Shown here in pieces: positions 10,324 through 20,141 of a stretch of DNA of 64,000 nucleotides (position 1 is the stretch's first letter; each line of letters opens with the position of its first letter). Position numbers and translations under genes: made by a program. The DNA comes from an uncultured Solirubrobacterales bacterium (lineage in GTDB: Bacteria; Actinomycetota; Thermoleophilia; Solirubrobacterales; Solirubrobacteraceae). The stretch is from contig CAVQKC010000008.1 of NCBI GenBank assembly GCA_963713015.1, forward strand, positions 819,666 to 883,665. The letters run 5' to 3'. Below the pieces are notes generated by a model. It made no database searches, had not been told where the DNA came from, and saw nothing but the letters and a program-made list of their open reading frames with translations.

Positions 10324-10338
10324 CCACCCATCTCCAGC

Positions 10339-11301
10339 CTACGACGGCCCCTTGAACTCTCGGACGCTCACGCGGATGCCGGTTTCCGCTGGCAGCAGCG
10401 CCCATACCGTCTTGCCATCTCGTGCTCCTGTGACGCCCCAGCGGTCGGATAGCGCCTCTACGATGCCCAAGCCATGCGTCGGTTTCGTGATCCAGCGCGA
10501 TAGCGGAGCGGGCGCGGCGTCGGTGACCGAAATACGCACCACGCCGTCCTCCTCGCCGATCTCGATGAGAAACGGCGACTTGGCGTGGATGATCGCGTTG
10601 GCCGCCAGCTCGCTCGAGACGAGGATCGCCTCGTCGATCACGCTGCCCGTTAGACCCCAGCGTCGCAGCGTCGAGCGGACGAACCGGCGTGCTCTTGCGC
10701 ACGCTTGCTTGTCAGACCCCAGGCGCATACCCTCAACCCGAGGACCGGCGGTGGCTTCCGACGGGACGACGACCGAATGCAACTCGCATACCTCGTGCAG
10801 CGCATCCTGTTGCTCCGGGGCGTCAACCGATGCGGCGGGGTATGCACAGAAAAGCGAGAACTCGACCTCGTGCGCTAGTTCGTTCCAGAGTCGCTCGAGC
10901 TCGATCGCACCCCCCACATTCCCGAGCCGCCACAGAACAGCCACCATCTCACCGTAGGCACGTATACCGTTCGCCCGCCGTGCCGCGTCACGCAGTACCC
11001 CACCGACAACCTGCTCGAAAGCAACAGGATCCAGTTCGCCTCCGGGCATGAATGCCGCCAGAGTTGCCTCGGCATCAAGCGATACGAGGCTCCCATCAGC
11101 ACGAGCCCGCTCAAGATCGACGCCTTCGGCCTCCAAGCCCGCCTCGAGGTCATGGCGGTGGGAATCCTCGGCGATCACGACCAGCGCCTCAGCCGCTCGA
11201 GCGCCCTCCGCCAAATACGGCACAACTACAGCGGCCAGCTCGGCATCGCTCTCGTAAAAGAGCACAGCATGCTCGCATTGGATCGTCTCTAGATCAGCCA
11301 T
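10339..11301 (-). CDS. MEDS + HATPase_c anti-sigma-factor kinase
   Basis: HAVLFY, RAYGEMV, LERLWN, FCAY; SELAANAIIH, GLGIV, GKTVW. Confidence 0.88.
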   Translation of the reverse strand: MADLETIQCEHAVLFYESDAELAAVVVPYLAEGARAAEALVVIAEDSHRHDLEAGLEAEGVDLERARADGSLVSLDAEATLAAFMPGGELDPVAFEQVVGGVLRDAARRANGIRAYGEMVAVLWRLGNVGGAIELERLWNELAHEVEFSLFCAYPAASVDAPEQQDALHEVCELHSVVVPSEATAGPRVEGMRLGSDKQACARARRFVRSTLRRWGLTGSVIDEAILVSSELAANAIIHAKSPFLIEIGEEDGVVRISVTDAAPAPLSRWITKPTHGLGIVEALSDRWGVTGARDGKTVWALLPAETGIRVSVREFKGPS

Positions 11302-11544
11302 CGTTCCTCGTTCGCGGTAAGAGAGTTTATCGACCGTATACCCGTTCTGGACGCAGCGTTCCTTCAGAGAATCCGGTGAGGAAGAATGGCGGTCCTTTCT
11401 ACGGATTGTCATGTCCGGTCTCCCAGCGATCCTGTCTTTACTGTGGGTCGCGAGCAGGACAACAGCGGACAGTCGCAAGCGAATCGTCGTCGTGCTCGCG
11501 CAAGCCCCGCCGCGCCGCCTGTAGTCACTGGCGGACGTCGTGTC

Positions 11545-12018
11545 GTGACGTTGGTCCTCGGGTTCCTCTTCGCAGGTGCCTTCTACATGGTGTTGATCGA
11601 CATCACTGACCTGCCCGAGCTGTACGCGGGGGCAGGGGCCGCGGCGCTGGCCGCGGTTGGGTTTGAGGCGGGGCGCGAGCAGGGCTTTGCGGAGATGTCG
11701 AGCGCGCCCGGGTGGCTGCTGCGCGCCTGGCGCGGGTTCGCTCGCGTGCCCCCGGATGTCGCCCGCGTCTCTCTAGCCATTCTGCTGCAGTTGGCGCGTC
11801 CGCGAAGCGAGCGGGGAGTGCTGCGGGCCGTCCCGTTCGATTTCGGCGAGCGTGACAGTCCGCGTGACGCGGGGCGCAGGGCGCTTGCGGAGGCGCTTGG
11901 GTCGCTGGCGCCGAACACGATCGTGGTCGGGGTCGATCCGGAGCGCAATCTGATTCTCGCGCATCAGCTTTATCTGAGCGGCGGGTCTGACGCGGTCGAC
12001 GTGCTGGGGTTGGGGTGA
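11545..12018 (+). CDS. mrpE: Mrp antiporter subunit E-like (start uncertain)
   Basis: Hydrophobic N-terminus, SLAPNTIVV, AHQL; first gene of the operon. Confidence 0.7.
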   Translation: MTLVLGFLFAGAFYMVLIDITDLPELYAGAGAAALAAVGFEAGREQGFAEMSSAPGWLLRAWRGFARVPPDVARVSLAILLQLARPRSERGVLRAVPFDFGERDSPRDAGRRALAEALGSLAPNTIVVGVDPERNLILAHQLYLSGGSDAVDVLGLG

Positions 12019-12266
12019 ACGAGTGGGAGATAGCCGCGGCCGTCCTTGCCGGCGCTCTGCTGCCGTGTGTAGGGGTGTGCGCGCTCGCGGGGGTGGCTGA
12101 CGGGCTCGTGGCGATGGAGCTTGCTGGCACGATCGTCGCGACGGTGCTGATGTTGCTCGCCGAGGGTCTTCAGCGCCAGCCGTTCATCGACCTTGCGCTG
12201 ACACTCGCAATTCTCGCAATTCTCGGTACGCTCGCGATCGCTCGTCTACTGGAGCACGACCTATGA
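12015..12266 (+). CDS. mrpF: Mrp subunit F-like
   Basis: 3 TM, DGLVAME, FIDLAL, GTLAIARLL. Confidence 0.78.
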   Translation: MNEWEIAAAVLAGALLPCVGVCALAGVADGLVAMELAGTIVATVLMLLAEGLQRQPFIDLALTLAILAILGTLAIARLLEHDL

Positions 12267-12592
12267 GCCGGCGCCACATCGTGGCCACCGTGCTGCTCGT
12301 CGGGGGATGCTCGCTGCAGGTCTGGGCCGTGGTGGGATTGGTTGTGCTGCGCAACGCCTATGACCGGTTGCACTGCCTGGGCCTCGCGGGCTATGGGGCG
12401 CTCCTGATGGCAACGGCGATTCTGGTGCGCGAGTCCTTCTCGTTGATTGGCGACAAGGCACTGGTGACGGGGTTGGTGCTGGTGCTGTTCGGGCCGATCC
12501 TTGCTCATACCACCGCACGGAGCCTGCGGATTCGCGAGCACGGCGACTGGCGGGCGGGCATCGAGCGCCATCGGGAGAGTGAGGACCAGTGA
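12263..12592 (+). CDS. mrpG: Mrp subunit G-like
   Basis: YDRLH, PILAH motifs, 3 TM. Confidence 0.82.
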   Translation: MSRRHIVATVLLVGGCSLQVWAVVGLVVLRNAYDRLHCLGLAGYGALLMATAILVRESFSLIGDKALVTGLVLVLFGPILAHTTARSLRIREHGDWRAGIERHRESEDQ

Positions 12593-12855
12593 GCGTCGTG
12601 CAAGCAGTCGCGTTTGTGGCGGTGGCGGTGGGAGGAACGGCGACCGTGCTCGTGCCAGACCCGTTGCGCCAGACGTTCGTGCTGGGGATCTACGGGATGA
12701 CCTTGACGGTGCTGTTCTTTGCTTTGCAGGCGCCGGATGTCGCGCTGTCTGAGATCGTGGTGAGCACCATCGGTCTGCCGTTGATCGTGATCGCTGCGCT
12801 GCGCAAGATCCGCACGCACGAACAAGCCCGTGAAGAGGACGAGGGCGAACAGTGA
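12589..12855 (+). CDS. DUF4040 / MbhD-like Mrp subunit
   Basis: QAPDVALSE motif. Confidence 0.82.
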   Translation: MSVVQAVAFVAVAVGGTATVLVPDPLRQTFVLGIYGMTLTVLFFALQAPDVALSEIVVSTIGLPLIVIAALRKIRTHEQAREEDEGEQ

Positions 12856-13604
12856 GCCGGCGAGCGCGTCTGTGCCTGTTCGCGCTCGCTGGGCCGGGAC
12901 TCTTGGCTGTGTTGATCGTCGGCTTTCTAGGGCTGCCGGCGTTCGGCGACTATCACGGTGTCTACGGGATGGTCGTCAACGGGACGGAGCTTGGAGAGCG
13001 TCACGCCACGGACATGGTGACCGCGCTGAACTTCGACTTGCGTGCCTTCGACACGCTCGGCGAGGAGTTTCTGCTGTTTGCCTCCGTCGTGGGCGTGGTT
13101 CTTTTGCTGCGCGATCTGCGCGACGAGGACGAGGATCTTGCGAGCGGGCTGTCCGAGCATCGTTTCGCGGATGCGAGCGACGCGCTGCGGGCGCTGTCGC
13201 TTGTGCTCGTCCCGATGCTGATCGCGCTTGGTGTCTATCTGGTGATTCACGGGGCGCTCACGCCCGGCGGTGGTTTCCAGGGCGGGGTGGTGCTCGCAGC
13301 CGGTCCGGTGGCGCTGCTGATCGCGGGCCGCTATCTGGCGATGAAGCGTCTCGCGCCCGGCTGGGCGCTCGAGGCGTTGGAGGCTGTGGGGGCGGGCGCC
13401 TACGCACTGCTCGGCCTGGGCGGTCTCCTGTTCGCCTCGGTGTATCTGAGGAACTTCTTGGCGCTCGGCATTCCCGGGCATCTGCTCTCGGCGGGGTTCA
13501 TGCCACTGAACAGCATCGCGGTGGGCCTGGAGGTGACGGGAGCATTCCTCTTGGTGTGGAGCGAGTTCCTCGACCAGGCGCTGATAGTCAGCCGCGAGGC
13601 GTGA
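12852..13604 (+). CDS. mrpB: MnhB/MrpB-domain subunit
   Basis: DLRAFDTLGEE, HGALTPGGGFQGG, GLEV. Confidence 0.88.
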   Translation: MSRRARLCLFALAGPGLLAVLIVGFLGLPAFGDYHGVYGMVVNGTELGERHATDMVTALNFDLRAFDTLGEEFLLFASVVGVVLLLRDLRDEDEDLASGLSEHRFADASDALRALSLVLVPMLIALGVYLVIHGALTPGGGFQGGVVLAAGPVALLIAGRYLAMKRLAPGWALEALEAVGAGAYALLGLGGLLFASVYLRNFLALGIPGHLLSAGFMPLNSIAVGLEVTGAFLLVWSEFLDQALIVSREA

Positions 13605-13635
13605 GGACGTCTGTGCACTGTGGAATGGGCAAGCG

Positions 13636-13980
13636 ATGAGCTTTCTGCCGTTCGCGATCGCGGCGTGGCTGTTCGTGGTGGGGCTCTGGGGTGTGGTGTC
13701 CAGCCGCAATCTCGTGCGCACAGTGTTGTGTCTGACGGTCGTGCAGTCCTCGACTTATCTGGTGCTGGTCGGGGTGGGATATCGCTCGGCGGGCAAGGCG
13801 CCGATCGTGGCCGACATCCCTGTAGTGAGCCGCCTGGTCGACCCGACTGTGCAGGTGCTGGTGCTGACCGACATCGTGATCGAGGCGACCGTCAGCGCGC
13901 TGTTGCTCGCGCTGGTGGTGCAGGGCCACAAGCGCTTTGGCAGCGTCGACCCCGCGGACTTCACAACGCTGAGGGACTGA
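13636..13980 (+). CDS. mrpC: Mrp subunit C
   Basis: SRNLV, DPTVQVLVLTDIVI. Confidence 0.88.
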   Translation: MSFLPFAIAAWLFVVGLWGVVSSRNLVRTVLCLTVVQSSTYLVLVGVGYRSAGKAPIVADIPVVSRLVDPTVQVLVLTDIVIEATVSALLLALVVQGHKRFGSVDPADFTTLRD

Positions 13981-13993
13981 GGGCCGGCTCCGG

Positions 13994-15820
13994 ATGCCGA
14001 ACATGACAGCGCTCCCGGTCGTGATCCCGTTCATTATGGCGGCGCTGCTCGTGGCGATCCGCCCGCTCACACCGCGCTGGTTTGACGATCTCGCCACCTG
14101 CGCGACGATCGCGGCGGTGATCGCGCTATGCGCGATCCTGCTCTCAGATGCCGCCGGCCGGCCGTTTGCGTACTGGATGGGCGGCTGGCATCCCAGCCGC
14201 GGCGTCACGATCGGGATCTCCTTCTCCGTCGACCCGCTGGGGGCGGGAATGGCGCTGTTCACGACGGTGCTGCTCGCCGCCGCGATTGTGTACTCGCTGC
14301 GCTACTTCGACTCGATCGACGGCCTCTTCCAGGTCCTGATGCTGCTGTTCGGCGCGGCGATGGTCGGTTTCTGCCTCACGGGTGATCTATTCAACCTCAT
14401 CGTGTTCTTCGAGCTGATGGGGGCCGTCGCCTATGCCCTCACGGCATACCGTGTCGAGGAGCGCGCCCCGATCCAAGGGGCGATCAACTTCGCGATCACG
14501 AACAGCATCGCCGGGTACGCGATGTTCATCGGCGTCGGGCTGCTCTACGCACGCACCGGCGCCCTGAACATGGCGCAGATCGGCGCGGCGCTCGACGGCC
14601 ACCGCGCGGACGCGCTGGTGATCGTCGCAATGGTGCTGCTATTCGTCGGCTTCCTCACGAAGGCCGCGGTAGTGCCCTTGCACTTCTGGCTGGCCGACGC
14701 GCATGCGGTTGCGCCGACGCCGGTGTGCGTCCTGTTCTCGGGGGTCATGATCGAGCTCGGCGCCTACGCCGTTGCACGGCTGTACTGGGTGATCTTCGCC
14801 GGGCCCATGCAGCCGCACGTCGACGCGCTGCGCGCGATCCTCGTAGCCGTGGGTGTGGCGACGGCTGTGATCGGCGCGATCATGTGCGTGCTACAGCGTC
14901 ACATCAAGCGGCTGCTCGCCTTCTCGAGCATCAGCCACGTCGGCATGTTCATCTGCGGGATCGGGCTGCTCGACCATCGCGCGCTTGCCGGTGTGGCGAG
15001 CTACATCGTCGGCCACGGCCTGACCAAGGGCGCGCTGTTCATGTGCGCTGGGATTCTGCTGCACCGCTTCGCGACGGTCGACGAGTACGACCTGCACGGC
15101 CGCGGACGCGAGATACGTGCCGTCGGTGTGCTGTTCGCGATCGGCGGCCTGCTGCTCGCTGCGATACCTCCGTTCACTACGTTCGCCGGCAAGGCCCAGC
15201 TCGAGGCCGCCGCCAGCGGCGCGGGCTACGGCTGGCTGATCGCCGTGTTCGTGCTCGTATCCGCGCTCACCGGCGGCGCCGTGTTGCGTGTGACCGGGCG
15301 CGTATTCCTCGGATGGGGCCCCTCCGAGGGCCCCGACCGTCAGCAGGAGCAAGCCGCTCACGAGTCCGAAGACGAGATGACCGACAGCCGCAGCGAGACC
15401 CCCGCGCTGATGACGATCATGCCTGCCGTGCTGCTCGCGACGGCGATTGCCATCGCGCTCGTGCCCGGCGTTGTTCCGGCGATCGAGCAGGGCGCCGTGC
15501 GGTTCACCGATCACCGCGCCTATGCCGCGTGGGTGCTGCACGACGCACGCGTGGTGTGGCCGGGCCTCGCGCCGAGCCACGTCTCGTTCGAGGACGTGAT
15601 CTACGGGCTGCTATCCACGTTCGGCGCGCTGGCCACAGCCGGCCTGGGTCTGTTGGGGCGGCCCCTGCGCGAGGCGATGCCGAGCGTCGTGGAGCGTCCG
15701 CTCGAGGGCGCGTTGCGCGGGTTGCGGGGGCTGCACTCCGGTCACATCGGGGACTACATCGCCTGGTGGACAGCTGGCGCGGGACTGCTGGGGGCCGTAT
15801 GTCTGCTCGCGCTGGCGTGA
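13994..15820 (+). CDS. mrpD: MrpD/MbhH-like proton-conducting membrane subunit with C-terminal extension
   Basis: GDLFNLIVFFE, KAAVVPLHFWLADAH, KRLLAFSSISH, HGLTKGALF; extra RGLHSGHIGDY tail. Confidence 0.88.
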   Translation: MPNMTALPVVIPFIMAALLVAIRPLTPRWFDDLATCATIAAVIALCAILLSDAAGRPFAYWMGGWHPSRGVTIGISFSVDPLGAGMALFTTVLLAAAIVYSLRYFDSIDGLFQVLMLLFGAAMVGFCLTGDLFNLIVFFELMGAVAYALTAYRVEERAPIQGAINFAITNSIAGYAMFIGVGLLYARTGALNMAQIGAALDGHRADALVIVAMVLLFVGFLTKAAVVPLHFWLADAHAVAPTPVCVLFSGVMIELGAYAVARLYWVIFAGPMQPHVDALRAILVAVGVATAVIGAIMCVLQRHIKRLLAFSSISHVGMFICGIGLLDHRALAGVASYIVGHGLTKGALFMCAGILLHRFATVDEYDLHGRGREIRAVGVLFAIGGLLLAAIPPFTTFAGKAQLEAAASGAGYGWLIAVFVLVSALTGGAVLRVTGRVFLGWGPSEGPDRQQEQAAHESEDEMTDSRSETPALMTIMPAVLLATAIAIALVPGVVPAIEQGAVRFTDHRAYAAWVLHDARVVWPGLAPSHVSFEDVIYGLLSTFGALATAGLGLLGRPLREAMPSVVERPLEGALRGLRGLHSGHIGDYIAWWTAGAGLLGAVCLLALA

Positions 15821-16191
15821 CGCGAGAGGTAGCGAGACACCCGGTCGTTCTGTGGCTGGGCGCAGCGCTGCTGCTGGCTGGCTGTGGCGCCGCCCCGCCC
15901 CAGGTACCAGTCAAGCACGCCGAACGCGTCTCCTCCGCCCTTACCGGCATCGCCGAAGCATGCGGCGAGGCCTACCAGCAAGGCGCCCCCGGCTCCAATC
16001 GTGCCGCGACCGCGTCGATCGAGGCTGCCGCAACGAGGCGCGCACGAGAGCTCGCCCAAGTCTTCATCGGCGACCCCGAAGGGATCTACCAGGCCCAGAC
16101 CCTGCGCCAGGTGCTCGCACAAGCGATCGCTTACCTAAACGAATGCGAACTGCACAGCGCGGCCGCGGAACTCGAGCGCCGCACACGCTGA
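15817..16191 (+). CDS. Hypothetical lipoprotein coupled to the Mrp operon
   Basis: GTGA overlap with the mrpD stop; LLAG-C lipobox. Confidence 0.65.
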   Translation: MTREVARHPVVLWLGAALLLAGCGAAPPQVPVKHAERVSSALTGIAEACGEAYQQGAPGSNRAATASIEAAATRRARELAQVFIGDPEGIYQAQTLRQVLAQAIAYLNECELHSAAAELERRTR

Positions 16192-16275
16192 ATCGCCGCG
16201 CCTGGCGAGGCGTCTCCCGTCCGGTAAACCGCGTCTCGAGCGCGACGTGCTGGAGCCAAGCTCGAGCGCCGCTGC

Positions 16276-16707
16276 TCAGCTCGGGACTGCCAGCTCGAAC
16301 CAGACGCGTGTGCCGCGGTGGCGGTCGACGCCCCACCGGCTGGCTTGCATCTCTACGAGATGCAGACCGTAGCCTGCGTCGGATTGGCTGGCGTCGCGCG
16401 CGACGGGAGCGAAGCCGCTGCCCCGGTCGGTGACCTCGACGCGCATGGCGCTTTGGCCGAGCTGGCGGGCGCAAAGCTCGATCTCGCTTGCCTCGGAGGC
16501 GTCTGAGTGGAGGACCGCGTTTGACACGAGCTCTGAAACAAGCAGGGTGAGTACGTCCAGGCTCTCTGGTGGCAGCGTGCTCTCCTCGGAAAACCCGATG
16601 ATCGCCGCGCGCGCGAGCGACGGGGCTTGCGGTGAGCGCTTGAAGCTGATCCGCAGCGTCGATCGGTCGATCGCGGGGCGCGGCGCTTCAGGGTCCTCGC
16701 GGACCAT
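16276..16707 (-). CDS. RsbW-like anti-sigma HATPase
   Basis: SELVSNAVLH, EVTDRG, GYGLHLV, RWG. Confidence 0.88.
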   Translation of the reverse strand: MVREDPEAPRPAIDRSTLRISFKRSPQAPSLARAAIIGFSEESTLPPESLDVLTLLVSELVSNAVLHSDASEASEIELCARQLGQSAMRVEVTDRGSGFAPVARDASQSDAGYGLHLVEMQASRWGVDRHRGTRVWFELAVPS

Positions 16708-17042
16708 TACCCTGGGGAGGGTTCGAAGGGAAGTGCTGCGTCGGCTCCCGTCAAGCGGAGAACCGCGGTGGCCCGCTCGTGCTTCGAGCGGACGAGCGTA
16801 AGGCTCCATGTCTCTCGCCGCGAACGGTTATGGAGTTCGATTAGTAGCCGCAGCCCGGATGAATCCATGAACGTGAGGTCCTTCAGGTCCAGCTTCAGGG
16901 CGGCTGGTTTCTCGCCTAGCTTCGCATCGACCCTACGCGCGAGCGCCGGAACGGTGCCAAGGTCGAGTTCACCGACGACCGACAACACTTGTGTTTCCCC
17001 ATTTGCCTGCTCAGTAATCTCGAATGTCGTTGGTCTTACCAT
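16707..17042 (-). CDS. STAS anti-sigma-factor antagonist (RsbV-like)
   Basis: VGELD, LTFMDSSGL (phospho-Ser); TAATG coupling. Confidence 0.92.
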   Translation of the reverse strand: MVRPTTFEITEQANGETQVLSVVGELDLGTVPALARRVDAKLGEKPAALKLDLKDLTFMDSSGLRLLIELHNRSRRETWSLTLVRSKHERATAVLRLTGADAALPFEPSPG

Positions 17043-17114
17043 CCCGTGCCTCGTTCCTCTTGTGCCGGCTTGGTCACTGTGACCGTTGGATCTTCGCTCA
17101 TCTGACGCTGGCTT

Positions 17115-19193
17115 TCAGGCATCTTTGCGTGGGGCCAGGCGGTGCAACGCGAGCACGGCCATGTCGTCTGCGTGGATAGGGCCCTGGAACTCGTCCAGCT
17201 TCCGCGTCAGCCCAGCGAGGATCTCCGCGGCCGGCCGCTCGCGGAGATCCTCGAGAAGGCCGTGTAGGCGCTCCGCCCCGAAGCGCTCACCCTGCGCATC
17301 GCGAGCGTCGGTGACCCCATCGGAGTAGAGCAGCAGCGTCCCGCCAGGCTCGAGATCCAGGGTGTGATCCTGCCAGCCGGCGTCCGCGAAGCCGCCCAGC
17401 AGCGGGCCGTGCCCGCCGACCTCGCGCACGCCCTGCGAAGTGATGTGTAGGGGCCAGGGATGGCCGCCTGTCGCGAGGGTCAGCCGATCGTCCTTCAGGC
17501 GCAGGCAGAGGGCGGTGCAGACTGACAGCACCGGGCGGCCCTTCAGGGTGGCATCAACGATCTCGAGCAGCCCGGCGGGGCTGGGCTGGAACTGTGAGGC
17601 CGTTCGCATCGTGTGGCGAACGAGCGCGGTCAGCGCGGCGGCCTGGATGCCCTTTCCGGTGACGTCGCCGATGATCATCATCCGGCTCCCGTCGACCTGC
17701 CAGACGTCGTAGAAGTCGCCGCCGACCATGCTCGTCTCGATCGCGGGGAGGTAGAAGCTCGAAAGCTCGTATCCCGGGATTTCGGGCAGCTCCTCGGGGA
17801 GCAGGCTCTGCTGCAGCGTTCGCGCGATCGAGGAGCGCTCGCTGTATAGCCTCGAGTTTTCGACGGCTACCGCGGCCCGTGCCCCGACCTGTTCGGCCAG
17901 CTCCAGGTCGTACTCGTCGAGCGTGCGCGCGGACTCGGCGCCGACGAGCGTCATCGTGCCCAGAATGCGTTCGCCGAGGCGCATCGGGACGATCAGCGCA
18001 GAGTGAAACCCGACGGCGCGCAACAGCGCCATGTGACGATCGTCGATCGCTGACTGTGCGAGCATCTCATCGGAGATCTCCGGGTAGAGCAGCGCCTCGC
18101 CCGTTTGCAGGACGCGTCCCATCCCCCGCTCGGGGCCGAACCGGTCGGGCGCGTACTTGCGGATCTCTTCGGCGAGCGCGAGCCGCTCGGGGTCGAAGTG
18201 CGCGACGACGACGCTCCTGCGATCGCCGTCCTCGTCCACGAGAGCGACCGCGCACCAGTCCGCGATGTTCGGCACCGCGAGCTCGGCGATGTTGCGAAGG
18301 GTCTGCTCGTAGTCCAGGGAGGATGCAAGCACCGTGCTCGCCTGCGCGAGAAACTCACTGCGAAGCTCCGAGCGCTTCTGCTCGGTCACATCCTCGATGA
18401 TCATGATCGTCGCCTCGACCCCGCCATATTCATCACGCAATGGGGCGGCCTTCAGCAGGTTCCAGCGCTGCACGCCCGTTTCGCGGTGAACCGTGCGGAT
18501 CAGCAGCGGCTCAACCGTCTCCTCGCCGCGCAGGATCCGCACCGAGGGAATGTCCGCCATCGCGATGTCGCCACCATGCTTGTCCTGCACGAGATAGTCG
18601 CTCATGATCGCCGCAGGCGGCGTTTGACGCAGCTGCTCCCACGATTCAAAGCCGAGATGGGAAAGCGCGGCGCCGTTCGCGTAGAGAAAGCGATGCTCGC
18701 GGTCGCGGATCGTCACGGGGTCGCTCAGGGACCCGACGATGGCGTCGAAGCGCCGCTCGCTTCCCTGCAGCGCCAGGCGGAGCTCCTCCAAGAGCCCCTC
18801 GCGCTCGCGCTCGGCATCCTTGCGCTCGGTTATGTCCTGGATGAAGGCATGGAAGGTCCAGCGCTCGCCGTCCTCGAGCGCTGAGATCGTCATCTCGATC
18901 GGGAACTCGCTGCCATCGGCTCGGAGTGCCGCCAGTTCGATCCGCTTGTCTAGGACCGGCCCTGCGCCGCTGGCGAGGAACCGTTGAAGCCCGGCGAGGT
19001 GCTCGGCACGGAACCGCTCTGGGACGATCAGCTCGGCGACCGGGCGCCCGACGGCTTCCTGGCGCGTCAAACCGAATGTGCGCTCCGCGCTGGGATTCCA
19101 GTACGTCACGAGCCCCTCTTCGTCCATCGAGACGGCAGCGTCGTGCGCACGGTCGAGGATCAGCTCAGTCAGATTCGAGTCCATGAAGCTCAT
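17115..19193 (-). CDS. PAS-PAS-GAF-PP2C (SpoIIE/RsbU-like) phosphatase
   Basis: YWNPSAE PAS, GAF, GGDFYD, GDVTGKG, YSDG, DDMA. Confidence 0.92.
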   Translation of the reverse strand: MSFMDSNLTELILDRAHDAAVSMDEEGLVTYWNPSAERTFGLTRQEAVGRPVAELIVPERFRAEHLAGLQRFLASGAGPVLDKRIELAALRADGSEFPIEMTISALEDGERWTFHAFIQDITERKDAEREREGLLEELRLALQGSERRFDAIVGSLSDPVTIRDREHRFLYANGAALSHLGFESWEQLRQTPPAAIMSDYLVQDKHGGDIAMADIPSVRILRGEETVEPLLIRTVHRETGVQRWNLLKAAPLRDEYGGVEATIMIIEDVTEQKRSELRSEFLAQASTVLASSLDYEQTLRNIAELAVPNIADWCAVALVDEDGDRRSVVVAHFDPERLALAEEIRKYAPDRFGPERGMGRVLQTGEALLYPEISDEMLAQSAIDDRHMALLRAVGFHSALIVPMRLGERILGTMTLVGAESARTLDEYDLELAEQVGARAAVAVENSRLYSERSSIARTLQQSLLPEELPEIPGYELSSFYLPAIETSMVGGDFYDVWQVDGSRMMIIGDVTGKGIQAAALTALVRHTMRTASQFQPSPAGLLEIVDATLKGRPVLSVCTALCLRLKDDRLTLATGGHPWPLHITSQGVREVGGHGPLLGGFADAGWQDHTLDLEPGGTLLLYSDGVTDARDAQGERFGAERLHGLLEDLRERPAAEILAGLTRKLDEFQGPIHADDMAVLALHRLAPRKDA

Positions 19194-19329
19194 TATCCGC
19201 GGTTGTGAGTTCGCGGCGTCAGGAAACGCCGAACGCCGATCGCTCCGGATCACCGTGTCTCAGCAGTCAGATCCTCTTCACGAGCACGAATCGAGTGATC
19301 GCCCTCACGAGGCGGATGCCCTCCAGCGT

Positions 19330-20053
19330 CTAACCACGATTTTCGTCGGCGCGCTGCGTGCGCTCAGGGTGGGTGTACAGGTTGAGTTTCTCTCGCCGGG
19401 CGAATCCGCCGAGGGTGATGTGTCGGTCGTGCGCGAGTTCTACAGCGAGCGAGGTGGGGGCGCCCACCCCGACGAGGATCGGGGCGCCTGCCACTGCGGC
19501 CTTTTGCACCAGCTCGAAGGAGAGGCGGCCGCTGACGCAGAGGATCGCTTGGTGTAGCGGCAGCCGTCCGCTGAAAAGCGCCCAGCCGATGACCTTGTCC
19601 ATCGCGTTGTGGCGTCCGACGTCCTCGCGCACACACACGAGTTCCCCATCGGCGTCGAACAGGCCCGTGGCGTGCAGTCCGCCGGTGCGCGCGAACCCGG
19701 GCTGCACGAGCCGTCCTGGTAGAGCGGCCAGCAGCTCGCGCGCGAGCAGAGGCCCGTCGGGCAACGCATCGGCGTGAACTGCCACCTCCTCCAGCGCCCC
19801 CTTGCCACACACCCCGCATGAGGAGGTCGTGTAGAAGTGCCGTTTGCCGGGATCATGCGCGAGCGGGCCGCGTACTTCGATCGTGTTGGCCGCTAGATCC
19901 TCGGTCAGTCCGATCGTCGGCGGTTGCTAGGAGCAGTCCCTCCCCGTAGAGGAATCCGGCGGCCAGTTCCTCGTCATGTCCGGGGGTGCGCATCGTCACA
20001 GCGATCGGCTTGCCATCGACGCGAATCTCAAGTGGCTCCTCGACGGCGACCAA
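19330..20053 (-). CDS. fdhD: Formate dehydrogenase accessory sulfurtransferase, frameshifted near 19930
   Basis: [34 protein letters not shown]. Confidence 0.88.
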
Positions 20054-20085
20054 GTCGCTCTCGCCGTCCGCTGAGCAGACGCTTC

Positions 20086-20141
20086 ACCCCCGCTGATTCG
20101 TCGGGCAACGCCGGCCGGCAGACGAGCGAATCAGCGGGGGT
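20086..20141. terminator. 15-bp perfect inverted repeat at the nrfD/fdhD junction
   Basis: acccccgctgattcg ... cgaatcagcgggggt. Confidence 0.5.
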
